This document shows positions 1 through 11,437 of a DNA stretch of 64,000 bases, piece by piece. The stretch comes from Mobula hypostoma (lineage: Eukaryota). Position 1 is the stretch's first letter; each line of letters starts with the position of its first letter. Where the stretch lies: contig NC_086098.1 of the NCBI RefSeq assembly GCF_963921235.1, positions 155,620,001-155,684,000 on the forward strand, read 5' to 3'. The notes under the pieces were generated by a model. The model was given only the letters and a program-made list of their open reading frames with translations, was not told the origin of the DNA and did not search any database. A program made the position numbers and the translations under genes.

Positions 1-179
1 CAAAACCATAACAGCTATCCCAATTGGTTCATAACATCTTCTTATCAGTAACGTGATTCAACAAACTGCTAGCGGGAAGGACTTTCTCACCGTTTAACAT
101 AACAAAGAAGCATTCCCAAGTAGAACATAACAAAGAAGCCATTTTAAATTTCACATACAAAATAGAAAGACCCCGTACA
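1..179 (-). mobile_element. Partial Ty3/Gypsy-type LTR (left part outside the window)
   Basis: Ends in aaagaccccgtaca, the same terminus as the LTRs ending at 30131 and 33340, and shares the aacataacaaagaagccatttt block with them and with the solo LTR at 12709-13404. Confidence 0.75.
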
Positions 180-2534
180 CAGGTAAACACACAGATAGTG
201 AAAATAATAAATGAATTTAAGCCAATCTTACAATCTATCTTTCTTTTTATACAACTCATCTTCTCCTTACACTCAAACAATGGTGTCTCCAATGGTTTTC
301 AGTGGTGAATGTGGCACAAGACGCAAGGGTCAATAACAGTGCAATGCTGGGTGCTGTCCTTTCGGTTCTGCTACAGCACAGTATTTGGTACTCCAACAAA
401 AACTGACCGTCATGCAGATAGTTTTCAAAAAATCGTCCTCAAAACTTGAAAATGCGCACTTTACCAATATCATGTGGTAGAAAGAAGATTTAGTCAAAAC
501 CGTGAGTGCTGATCTATTCAGACACTTTCTGTATAACTGTTAACACTTCAGATTATACGCATTGATAATAGATAAAAAGAAAACATCTTTTCAACCTCCG
601 TTCCACCTTTTTACTGAAAGTAAACAGATTGCTTGTTGGATGAACGATTACTATGTTGTATTAGATGGTCGCATGCACAAGGTGTCAGTTGTTCTGGTGG
701 TTGTCGCAGTAGGGGTACGATTGCTGGGGTGCAATAATATTAGGTAGAAGTCACCGTTGACAATGATTCTTATTAGAGCAGTGGTCAATGTGCGTAACGA
801 GAAGACATTAATTATGCTAATTTTGGGATTATTTAGAGTTAGGATTTGTCCAGGAGTTTATTGATCCTGAGCATGCATGTGAGGGTGCGAGCAGTAACAT
901 TTCTCAACAGTGCATTTAACTGGCGGATGTTTCCTCCCTGTCGCTAGGATCATTAATAATAGTGTGAGACTGGTACTTTGAGCAACCTGACTAGCCCAGG
1001 CAAACAGAATCCCTCCAGCCTATCTCCCCCTCATTGTCGAAGCAATCCTCATATAAACGTCCATTTATGCTTCGATTAACCTTGGCTTTTCTTATGGTAC
1101 ATAAAAATTCCACCAGAATGTGACGTCAATAAGAACTCCCCGAAGTGAATCCCAGTGAAATCCCTAATCACCACATTCGTTCTGTTCTGAGATTTAATAT
1201 TTCTCCAGGAATTTATAGTCATCTTTGAAATAAAAGCCAGCTGCTACAGTTCAGCATTTCCGTAAGCATGCAATCTTTGATTTTGTTAAATATCTGATTA
1301 TATTATAGGTTCCTTGTTGTAAATTAGTAATATTTTGATCGCACCTAACAAGTCAAAGACCGAAGAAAGATGCAGCAGTACCAACATAGGACCACATAGC
1401 TCCACCCACTGCCTATCGCTGCTCCAGTAAGACCATATATCTAGCCAATTGTCCTGCTCTTCCTCGTACGCTGTGCTTCACAAGGTGTTCTTAAATCTAT
1501 CAGTGTCATGGATGAATACCGTACATGTCTGATCTCTGAGGAGAATGTTGGGAATGCTTCATATAAAAAGAAGCATTTTGGTTCTCAAATTATGTTCATC
1601 TTCACTCAAAGACGGCTGACTCCAGACCAACTCATTTAAATATACCACTTACCTCCTCTATGCGAAGCCAAACAATAATGCGTGAAAGTAATATTGTAAA
1701 CACTTTCTACTACACTTGGCAAATCAAAATTGATAGATCAAAAACAAAAGGTCAGTAGTACGTCGAAATATGGACTCATCACTTACTGTTAATCAATAAT
1801 AAATGTCAAAACATTAATTTTGATTTATTGTTCTGCAACACCTCAACATATTGCACAATATTGGGTATTGTGTAATGAACCGGAGGTGATTAGAGAGATT
1901 GAGGTAAAGGAGCCCTTAGGAGGCAGTGATCATAATATGATTGAGTTCACTGTGAAATTTGAAAAAGAGAAACCGAAATCTGATGTGTCGGTATTTCAGT
2001 GGAGTAAAGGAAATTACAGTGGCATGAGAGAGGAACTGGCCAAAGTTGACTGGAAAGGGACACTGGCGGGAAAGACAGCAGAGCAGCAGTGGCTGGAGTT
2101 TATGCGAGAAGTGAAGAAGGTGCAAGACAGGTATATTCCAAAAAAGAAGAAATTTTCGAATGGAAAAAGGATGGAACCGTGGTTGACAAGAGAAGTCAAA
2201 GCCAAAGTTAAAGCAAAGGAGAGGGCACACAAGGAAGCAAAAATTAGTGGGAAGACAGAGGATTGGGAAGTTTTTAAAAGCTTACAAAAGGAAACTAAGA
2301 AGGTCATTAAGAGGGAAAAGATTAACTATGAAAGGAAGCTAGCAAATAATATCAAAGAGGATAATAAAAGCTTTTTCGAGTATATAAAGAGTAAAAGACA
2401 GGTGAGAGTAGATATAGGACCGATAGAAAATGATGATGGAGAAATTGTAGTGGGAGATAAGGAGATGGCGGAGGAACTGAACAAGTATTTTGCATCAGTC
2501 TTCACCGAGGAAGACATCAACAGTATACCGGACA

Positions 2535-5129
2535 ACACACATCAAAGTTGCTGGTGAACGTAGCAGGCCAGGTAGCATCTCTAGGAAGAGGTACAGTCGA
2601 CGTTTCAGACCGAGACCCTTCGTCAAGACTAACTGAAGGAGGAGCTAGTAAGAGATTTGAAAGTGGGAGGGGGAGGGGTAGATTCAGAATGATAGGAGGA
2701 GACAGGAGGGGGAGGGATGGAGCCAAGAGCTGGACAGGTGATTAGCAAAGGGGATATGAGAGGATCATGGGACAGGAGGCCCAGGGAGAAGGAAGCGGGG
2801 GGGGGGGGGATCCCAGAGGATGGGCAAGGGATATAGTCAGAGGGACAGAGGGAAAAAAAGGAGAGTGAGAGAAAGAAAGTGTGTATAAAAATAAATAACG
2901 GATGGGGTACGAGGGGGAGGTGGGGCATTAGCGGAAGTTAGAGAAGTCAATGTTCATTCCATCAGGTTGGAGGCTACCCAGACGGAATATAAGGTGTTGT
3001 TCCTCAAACCTGAGTGTGGCTTCATCTTTACAGTAGAAGAGGCCATGGTTGGACATGTCAGAATGGGAATGGGATGTGGAATTAAAATGTGTGGCCACTG
3101 GGAGATCCTGCCTTCTCTGGCGGACAGAGCGTAGGTGTTCAGCAAAGCAGTCTCCCAGTCTGCGTCGGGTCTCACCAATATATAGAAGGCCACATCGGGA
3201 GCACCGGACGCAGTATATCACCCCAGCCGACTCACAGGTGAAGTGTCGCCTCACCCGGAAGGACTGTCTGGGGCCCTGAATGGTGGTAAGGGAGGAAGTG
3301 TAAGGGCACGTGTAGCACTTGTTCCGCTTACAAGGATAAGTGCCAGGAGGGAGATCAGTTGGGAGGGATGGGGGAGACGAATGGACAAGGGAGTTGCGTA
3401 GGGAGCGATCCCTGCGGAAAGCGGGGGTGGGGTGGGGTGGGGAAAGATGTGCTTAGTGGTGGGATCCCGTTGGAGGTGGCAAAAGTTATGGAGAATAATA
3501 TGTTGTACCGGAGGCTGGTGGGGTGGTAGGTGAGGACAAGGGGAACCCTATTCCTAGTGGGGTGGCGGGAGGATGGAGTGAGCGCAGATGTGCGTGAAAT
3601 GGGGGAGATGCGTTTGAGAGCAGAGTTGATGGTAGAGGAAGGGAAGCCCCTTTCTTTAAAAAAGGAGGACACCTCCCTCGTCCTAGAATGAAAAGCCTCA
3701 TCCTGAGAGCAGATGAGACGGAGACGGAGGAATTGCGAGAAGGGGATGGCATTTTTGCAAGGGACAGGGTGAGAAGGGGAATAGTCCAGATAGCTGTGAG
3801 AGTCAGTAGGCTTATAGTACACATCAGTGGATAAGCTGTCTCCAGAGATAGAGACAGAAAGATCTAGAAAGGGGAGGGAGGTGTCAGAAATGGACCAGGT
3901 AAACTTGAGGGCAGGGTGAAAGTTGGAGGCAAAGGTAATCAAGTAAACGAGTTCTGCATGCGTGCAGGAAGCAGCGCCAATGCAGTCGTCGATGCAGCGA
4001 AGGAAAAGTGGGGGACAGATACCAGAATAGGCACGGAACATAGATTGTTCCACAAAGCCAACAAAAAGGCAGGCATAACTAGGACCCATACGGGTGCCCA
4101 GAGCTACACCTTTAGTTTGGAGGAAGTGGGAGGAGCTTAAGGAGAAATTATTACGAGTAAGGACTAATTCCGCTAGACGGAGCAGAGTGGTGGTCGAGGG
4201 GAACTGATTAGGCCTGGAATCCAAAGAGAAGGGGAGAGCTTTGCGACCTTCCTGATGGGGAATGGAAGTACATAGGGACTGGACATCCATGGTGGAAATA
4301 AAGCGGTGGGGGGCAGTGAACTTAAAATCATCGAGAAGTTTAAGACTGTGTGAAGTGTCACGAACATAGGTAGGAAGGGATTGAACAAGGGGGGATAAAA
4401 CCGTGTCGAGGTATGCAGAAACGAGTTCGGTGGGGCAGGAGCAAGCTGAGACAATAGGTCTGCCAGGACAGGCAGGTTTGTGGATCTTGGGTAGGAGGTA
4501 GAAACGGGAAGTGCGAGGTGTGGGAATTATAAGGTTGGTAGCAGTGGATGGGAGATCCCCTGAGCGGATAAAGTCCGTGATGGTGTGGGAGGCAATGGCC
4601 TGGTGCTCCTTAGTGGGGTCACGATCGAGGGGTAAATAACAGGAGGTATCCGCGAGTAGTCGCTGTGCCTCGGCAAGGTAGAGGTCAGTACGCCAGACTA
4701 CAGCAGCACCCGCCTTATCGGCGGGTTTAATAGGAAGGTTAGGATTAGTGCGGAGGGAGTGGAGAACAGAGCATTCCGAAGGAGTAAGGTTGGAATGGAA
4801 AAAGGTGTGGTGAAGTCGAGACGGTTGATGTCCCGTCGGCAGTTAGCAATAAGGAGATCCAGAGCAGGCAGAAGACCAGAGCGGGGTGTCCATGAAGAAG
4901 AGGAGGGTTGAAGACGGGAGAAGAGGTCATTGGTGGGGGTGGAAGAGTCCTTGCCGAAGAAGTAGGCTCGGAGACGGAGACGGCGGAGGAAGAGTTCCGC
5001 AGCATGGCGAACACGGAACTCGTTGAGGTGTGGGCGAAGGTGGACAAAGGTGAGGCCCTTACTGAGGACAGAGCGTTCTGCCTCAGACAGTTGAAGGTCG
5101 GAGGGGTTGGTAAAGATCCGGCACCGATG
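2535..5129 (-). mobile_element. Penelope-like element (RT + GIY-YIG), frameshifted and 5'-truncated
   Basis: RT peptides MDVQSLCTSIPH and GVALGTRMGPSYACLF (3355-4290), GIY-YIG peptide GVIYCVRCSRCGLLYIGETRR (2928-3254), and a 10-bp TSD ATACCGGACA at 2525-2534/5130-5139. Confidence 0.92.
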
Positions 5130-5307
5130 ATACCGGACACTCAAAGGTGGCAGGGAAGAGAAGTGTGCGCAGTCACACTTAACGACAGAGAAAGTACTCC
5201 GGAAGCTGAATACTCTAAAGGTAGATAAATCTCCCGGACCAGATGGAATGCACCCTGGTGTTTTGAAGGAAGTAGCTGTGGAGATTGCGGAGGCATTAGC
5301 GATGATC

Positions 5308-6431
5308 CGCCCTGCTCTGCTGGGGAGAAGCTGACAGCGATGCAGTTGGATGCTTTCCTGGTGCCATGGATTCTTGATTACCTCACTGGCAGACCACAGT
5401 ACGTGTGCTTGCAACACTGTGTGTCCGACAGAGGATCAGCAGCACTGGGGCTCCACAGGGGACTGTCTTGTCTCCCTTTCTCTTCACCATTTACACCTCG
5501 GACTTCAACTACTGCACAGAGTCTTGTCATCTTCAGAAGTTTTCTGATGACTCTGCCATAGTTGGATGCATCAGCAAGGGAGATGAGGTTGAGTATAGGG
5601 CTACGGTAGGAAACTTTGTCACATGGTGTGAGCAGAATTATCTGCAGTTTAATGTGAAAAAGACTAAGGAGCTGGTGGTAGACTTGAGGAAAGCTAAGGT
5701 ACCGGCGACCCCTGTTTCAATCCAGGGGGTCAGTGTGGACATGGTGGAGGATTACAAATACCTGGGGATACGAATTGACAATAAACTGGACTGGTCAAAG
5801 AACACTGACGCTGTCTACAAGAAGGGTCAGAGCCGTCTCCATTTCATGAGGAGACTGAGGTCCTTTAACATCTGCAGGACGATGCTGAGGATGTTCTACG
5901 AGTCTGTGGTGGCCAGTGCGATCACGTTTGCTGTTGTGTGCTGGGGCAGCAGGCTGAGGGTAGCAGACACCAACAGAATCAACAGGGTAGCAGACACCAA
6001 CAGAATCAACAAACTCATTCGTAAGGCCAGTGATGTTGTGGGGATGGAACTAGACTCTCTGACGGTGGTGTCTGAAAAGAGGATGCTGTCCAAGTTTCAT
6101 GCCATCTTGGACAATGTCTCCCATCCACTACATAATGTACTGGTTGGGCACAGGAGTACATTCAGCCAGAGACTCATTCCACCGAGATGCAACACAGAGC
6201 GTCACAGGAGGTCATTCCTGCCTGTGGCCATCAAACTTTACAACTCCTCCCTTGGAGGGTCAGACACGCTGAGCCAATAGGCTGGTCCTGGACTTATTTC
6301 CTGGCATAATTTACATATTACTATTTAACTATTTATGGTTTTATTACTATTTAATTATTTATGGTGCAACTGTAACGAAAACCAACTTTCCCCGGGATCA
6401 ATAAAGTACGACTATGACTATGACTATGACT
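5308..6431 (+). mobile_element. 5'-truncated Rex1/Babar-type LINE (RT C-terminal part)
   Basis: ORF 5405-6280 has GAPQGTVLSPFLFTIYT, KFSDDSAIVG and YKYLG. It ends in aataaa plus a (ctatga)n tail, and the host CR1 resumes on both sides (gatgatc / atctttcaaaag). Confidence 0.85.
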
Positions 6432-6793
6432 ATCTTTCAAAAGTCGACAGATTTTGACATGTTTCCGGAGGACTGGAAGATTACAGATATCACTGCGCTA
6501 CTTAAGAAGGGAGCAAGGAAGCAAATAGGAAATTATAGACCTGTTAGCTTGACATTGGCGGTTGGGAATTTGTTGGAGTCGATTGTCAGGGATGAGGTTA
6601 CAGAGTACCTGGACGCATATGAGAAGATAGGCAGAACTCAGCATGGATTCCTTAAAGGAAAATCCTGCCTGACAAACCTATTACAATTTTTTGAGGAAAT
6701 TACAAGTAGGCTAGACAAGGGAGATGCAGTGGATGTTGTATATTTCGATTTTCATAAGGCCTTTGACAAGGTGCCACACATGAGGCTACTTAA

Positions 6794-7502
6794 TGGGTGT
6801 CAGTATACACCAGTCATTGAAAGTGGGCATGCAGGTACAGCAGGCGGTGAAAAAGGCGAACGGTATGCTGGCATTTATAGCAGAGGATTCGAGTACAGGA
6901 GCAGGGAGGTACTACTGCAGTTGTACAAGGCCTTGGTGAGACCACACCTGGAGTATTGTGTGCAGTTTTGGTCCCCTAATCCGAGGAAAGACATCTTTGC
7001 CATAGAGGGAGTACAAAGAAGGTTCACCAGATTGATTCCTGGGATGGCAGGTCTTTCATATGAAGAAAGACTGGATGAACTGGGCTTGTACTCGTTGGAA
7101 TTTAGAAGATTGAGGGGGGATCTGATTGAAACGTATAAGATCCTAAAGGGATTGGACAGGCTAGATGCAGGAAGATTGTTCCCGATGTTGGGGAGGTCCA
7201 GAACGAGGGGTCACAGTTTGAGGATAGAGGGGAAGCCTTTTAGGACCGAGATTAGGAAAAACTTCTTCACACAGAGAGTGGTGAATCTGTGGAATTCTCT
7301 GCCACAGCAAACTGTTGAGGCCAGTTCATTGGCTATGTTTAAGAGGGAGTTAGATATGGCCCTTGTGGCTACAGGGGTCGGGGGTATGGAGGGAAGGCTG
7401 GGTTCTGAGTTGGATGATCAGCCATGATCATAATAAATGGCGGTGCAGGCTCGAAGGGCCGAATGGCCTACTCCTGCACCTATTTTCTATGTTTCTATGC
7501 TT
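6794..7502 (+). mobile_element. 3' fragment of a second CR1 subfamily nested in the host CR1
   Basis: The host sequence ctacttaa|caagataag is split with ttaa on both sides (6790-6793/7503-7506). The insert has divergent RPHLEYCVQFW/FRRLRGDLIETY coding and its own (tttctatg) tail. Confidence 0.8.
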
Positions 7503-9009
7503 TTAACACGATAAGCGGCTATGGAATTACGGGAAAGTTACATACGTGGATAGAGCGTTGGCTGATGGGCAGGGAACAGAGAGTGGGAATAAAGGGATCC
7601 TATTCTGGTTGGCTGCCGGTTACCGGTTGTGTTCGACAGGGGTCCGTGTTGGGGCCGCTTCTTTTTACATTGTACATCAGCGATTTGGATTATGGAATAG
7701 ATGGCTTTGTGGCTACATTTGCTGACTAGACGAAGATAGGTGGAGGGGCCGGTAGTGCTGAGGAAACTGAGAGTCTGCAGAGAGACTTGGATAGAATGGA
7801 AGAATGGGCAAAGAAGGGCAAATGAAATACAATGTTGGAAAGTGAACGGTTATGCACTTTGGCAGAAGAAATAAACGGGCAGACTATTATTTAAAAAGGG
7901 AAGAAATTCAAAGTTCTGAGCTGCAACGGAATTGGGAGTCCACGTACAGGATACCCTTAAGGCTAACCTCCAGGTTTAGTTGGTGGTGAAGAAGGCGAAT
8001 GCAATGTTGGCATTCATTTCTAGAGGAATAGAGTATGGCAGCAGGGATGTGATGTCGAGGCTCTATAAGGCGCTGGTGAGACCTCACTTGGAGTACTGTG
8101 GGCAGTTTTGGGCTCCTTATTTAAGAAAGGATGTGATGACGTTGGAGAGGGTACAGAGAAGATTCACTAGAATGATTCCGGGAATGAGAGGGTTAACATA
8201 TGAGGAACGTTTGTCCGCTCTTGGACTGTATTCCTTGGAGTTTAGAAGAATGAGGAGAGACCTCATAGAAACATTTTGAATGTTAAAAGGCATGGACAGA
8301 GTGGATGTGGCAAAGTTGTTTCCCATGATGGGGGAGTCTAGTACGAGAGCGCATGACTTAAGGATTGAAGGGCGCCCATTCAGAACAGAAATGCGAAGAA
8401 AGTTTTTTAGTCAGAGGGTGGTGAATCTATGGAATTTGTTGCCACGGGCAGCAGTGGAGGCCAAGTCATTGGGTGTATTTAAGTCAGAGATTGATAGGTA
8501 TCTGAGTAGCCAGGGCATCAAACGTTATGGTGAGAAGGCGGGGAGTGGGACTAAATGGGAGAATGGATCGACACATGATAAAATGGCGAAGCAGACTCGA
8601 TGGGCCGAGTGGCCGACTTCTGCTCCTTTGCCTTATGGTCTTATGGTCTTTATATTGTGTGAAATATCACCAGTTCAGGTTTCCCAATTTCCGTTTGATT
8701 TATCCGATCTCTTCGGAAACTACTTCAATATTAATTTCACACATCCACATCGTCAAGTGTGGTAAGGGTTTTTACTATTTCAATGAGATGGCCACTCTGT
8801 TCTGAACACTGAAGAATTTAGGTATAACATTCACAACTGTCCACATAGAATTAACCCCTACTCTAATATAATTAATTAGGTGTCTAATTAACCCCGATCT
8901 AATCTAATCTACTCCCAGATGCTAAACGGACGAATCCTCTTCATTTCCTCGCATTCGTATTCCTCCTTGGAGAGTGAATTTCAACCTGCCAAATGTGGAC
9001 ACCACGATA

Positions 9010-9270
9010 ATGTAATGTAATGGTTAGCGCGAGCCTGAGCGGTACCGGAGTTCGGAGTTCAACCCCTACGTAATCCGTGAGGAGTTTGTAGGCTCCTCCC
9101 CGTGAACTCACTGGTTTCCTCCGGGTGATCCGGTGTCCTCCCAGATTCTAAATATCTGGATTGTAAATTGTCGTGTTATTAGGCTAGGATTCATAGGTGG
9201 ACTGCTCGGCTGTGAGGCTCATTGGGTCAGAGGGGTTTGTTCCACGCTCTGTCTCTAAATAAATAAATAA
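9010..9270 (+). mobile_element. tRNA-derived V-SINE (HE1-like), decayed
   Basis: B-box-like ggagttcggagttcaa, V-domain ggtttcctccgggtgatccggtgtcctccca and an (aaat)n tail. Confidence 0.7.
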
Positions 9271-10360
9271 AATCTTCAGGTGACGTCCTGTTAAGGTGCG
9301 ACTGTGTGTCCACTATGCTATTTTACCATTATTATCATGTCCTATTGCCTTTTCCGCAGATTGTTTCCAGTAATTTTCGGTGATTTATTTCTCGATCCTA
9401 AACAGCAAGATAAAACGTATTCTAAAGTTCATCTTGTCAGACCTTTTTTTTTGCCTGTCGCAATGAGATCATCTCCCATTTTGCTGAAATCCGGTAACGT
9501 TACACCAGTCTTCTTAAATGTCTGATAATAGGACTTCACTGCCGAAGTACACCAGTAGAATTATGCTTTATTCATTCCAAATCATGTGTAAACTATCCTG
9601 GGTAAAGAGAATCAGTATTCCACATGTACCGTATTCTCGGGAGCACCCTGTACAATTTCAGCAACATCTTGGAGTAAAGGTCAATATACATAATGGAACA
9701 TGAAATAACATGAGCCAAATTACTATTCAATTTGCTTGCTGCTAAACTACAGAACGAAAAGCCAAAAAAAAAGGCGCGTCGGAGAAGATGTCAGAATATC
9801 GACTTTTAATTTTAAATGTCAGGATTTAATATTCAACTCTGCAATATCGTAATATTTATCCTGTATTCCATGTAAGGCTAACTTCTCTAGATTAGCAATA
9901 CAGAAGGAAGGGGGGCCTTAACGCAATTGTGAATGCTGGAATAATTCGTAAGATCACTAACATCAACTGATATTCACTCCTCTGAAAGCTGTTGATTATG
10001 CTGAGCATTTTTGGTTCCATGATCCACTATATTCTGATTCAGATTTTCGACATGAGATAAGTTTCATGCAGAAACTAATATATGCCCGGAACGCACAGTA
10101 AGTGGAAACGAATGATAAACATCAGAGGGGCGAAGGAGGGGTTTGGAACCGCCAATCTCCAATGTTGTCAATTTCATTAGTTCCATTATATCCTCCAGGA
10201 ATCTGTTTAGGTGGTCATCCTCCGATTCCAGTACCCATGTTAATTAACTATTAGATAAGGAGAGATTTCTCATAGGCTTATTTCCACAGCACCTTTATAT
10301 TCACACGGCACTTTACTGTATCCTCCTCACAACCCACAATGCAAACCATTTGGATGTGCT

Positions 10361-10446
10361 GCATTTGGTCTCCGTATACAGAACATTGACGTAGATTGTG
10401 AACGGTAGTCGTGGTAACTCTGAAACTACTTGCATTTGGTCTCTGT

Positions 10447-10485
<39 letters not shown>

Positions 10486-11000
10486 GGTTATCCACCCCAC
10501 AGGGTGATGATGGTTCCTTTCAGTCAGATAGTGGGGTGGTACCCCACTCCTCAGAAAGGAACAGTGTGTGTGTGAATGGATTTTGGGTGAGTTGGGGGTT
10601 GTACAGGTCCAGACCCACCCTCTCGACATCCCCTCCCGGATCCAGCGGAACAGTGGGGTCCAAGACGGCTGGGGAAAGTTCTGTTGCAGTGAATAGCCAG
10701 ACCAAGCTTCAATGCAAGGGATGCCCTTTCCGCGCTTCACGGCTGGTGTTTCCTAGATGGTCGTTGACCCTATGACAGGATTCATCCACCCTTTGACAGG
10801 TCTTGTTTTTCGTTCTGTAGGGTGTTTAGCCACCCTCCTCACCAGGCAAGCCTGGTGGGGGAGCCGGTTTAATCGCCGACCACCCGACCTTGCGGGAGGT
10901 AGTACTGGGTTACATGGGACTAGTAGCACTCAGACGAGTGACCTGCCCAGAGTGATCTGTGTCTCCGTATACAGATCATTGACGTAGATCTGAAACTACC
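10361..11000. repeat. Unclassified insertion of about 560 bp with a (TC)16 tract, bounded by imperfect direct repeats
   Basis: gtctccgtatacaga(a/t)cattgacgtagat occurs at about 10368 and about 10961, ctgaaactac at about 10419 and about 10990, and (TC)n at 10451-10482. Confidence 0.45.
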
Positions 11001-11437
11001 TGAATACCACGATTACCCAAACAAAACGAGCCATTAACTCTTAGTCCCTATCAATATGTTATCTTTAATACGGCGTTTTTAAAAAACCTTGACTATTAAC
11101 CCGTTGTTATGCTTCCATTCGAAGGCCTTCCAAGAGCCCAAATACACAATACCACTGATTATGTCTTCTGTATTCTGCTACTAACAGCCTTCAATAAACC
11201 AGCTCTACGTTAATTCTCATTTATAAATCCATGCTGATTCAGTCCATTCGTATTATTATTTTCCAACTGCCTTCTTTCCGGTTCCTTAATTACAGTTAGC
11301 TATTGCTTTATTTTCCTCCCATTGATGAGCAGTTGAATTGCTTGTAGTTGCCAGCGTACGCCCTCCCCTTCGTTCTCTAAATGATGAGGTTCAAATAGCA
11401 ACTTTCGAATGAATAAACAACGCTCTAAACTTTGGAG

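Larger units (their letters stand above)
1864..8651 (+). mobile_element. 5'-truncated CR1 LINE (ORF2 RT fragments) hosting three nested insertions
   Basis: CR1 ORF2 peptides (WKGTLAGKTAEQQWLEF, NYRPVSLT, HGFLKGKSCLTNL, QGSVLGPLLF, RPHLEYC), a (ttatggtc)n tail at about 8630-8650 and an ATATTG TSD at 1858-1863/8652-8657. The empty site is visible in the paralog near 27368. Confidence 0.92.
190..9420 (+). repeat. Segmental paralog of the cluster A 3' flank (about 25400-27870 plus 29063-29330), interrupted by a 6.8 kb TE stack
   Basis: 190-1863 and 8652-9420 are collinear with about 25400-27375 and about 27365-29330 (e.g. caagggtcaataacagtgca, ccacatagaattaacccctactc, cttcaggtg..gtcctg..aaggtgcgactgtg). 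Confidence 0.85.
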
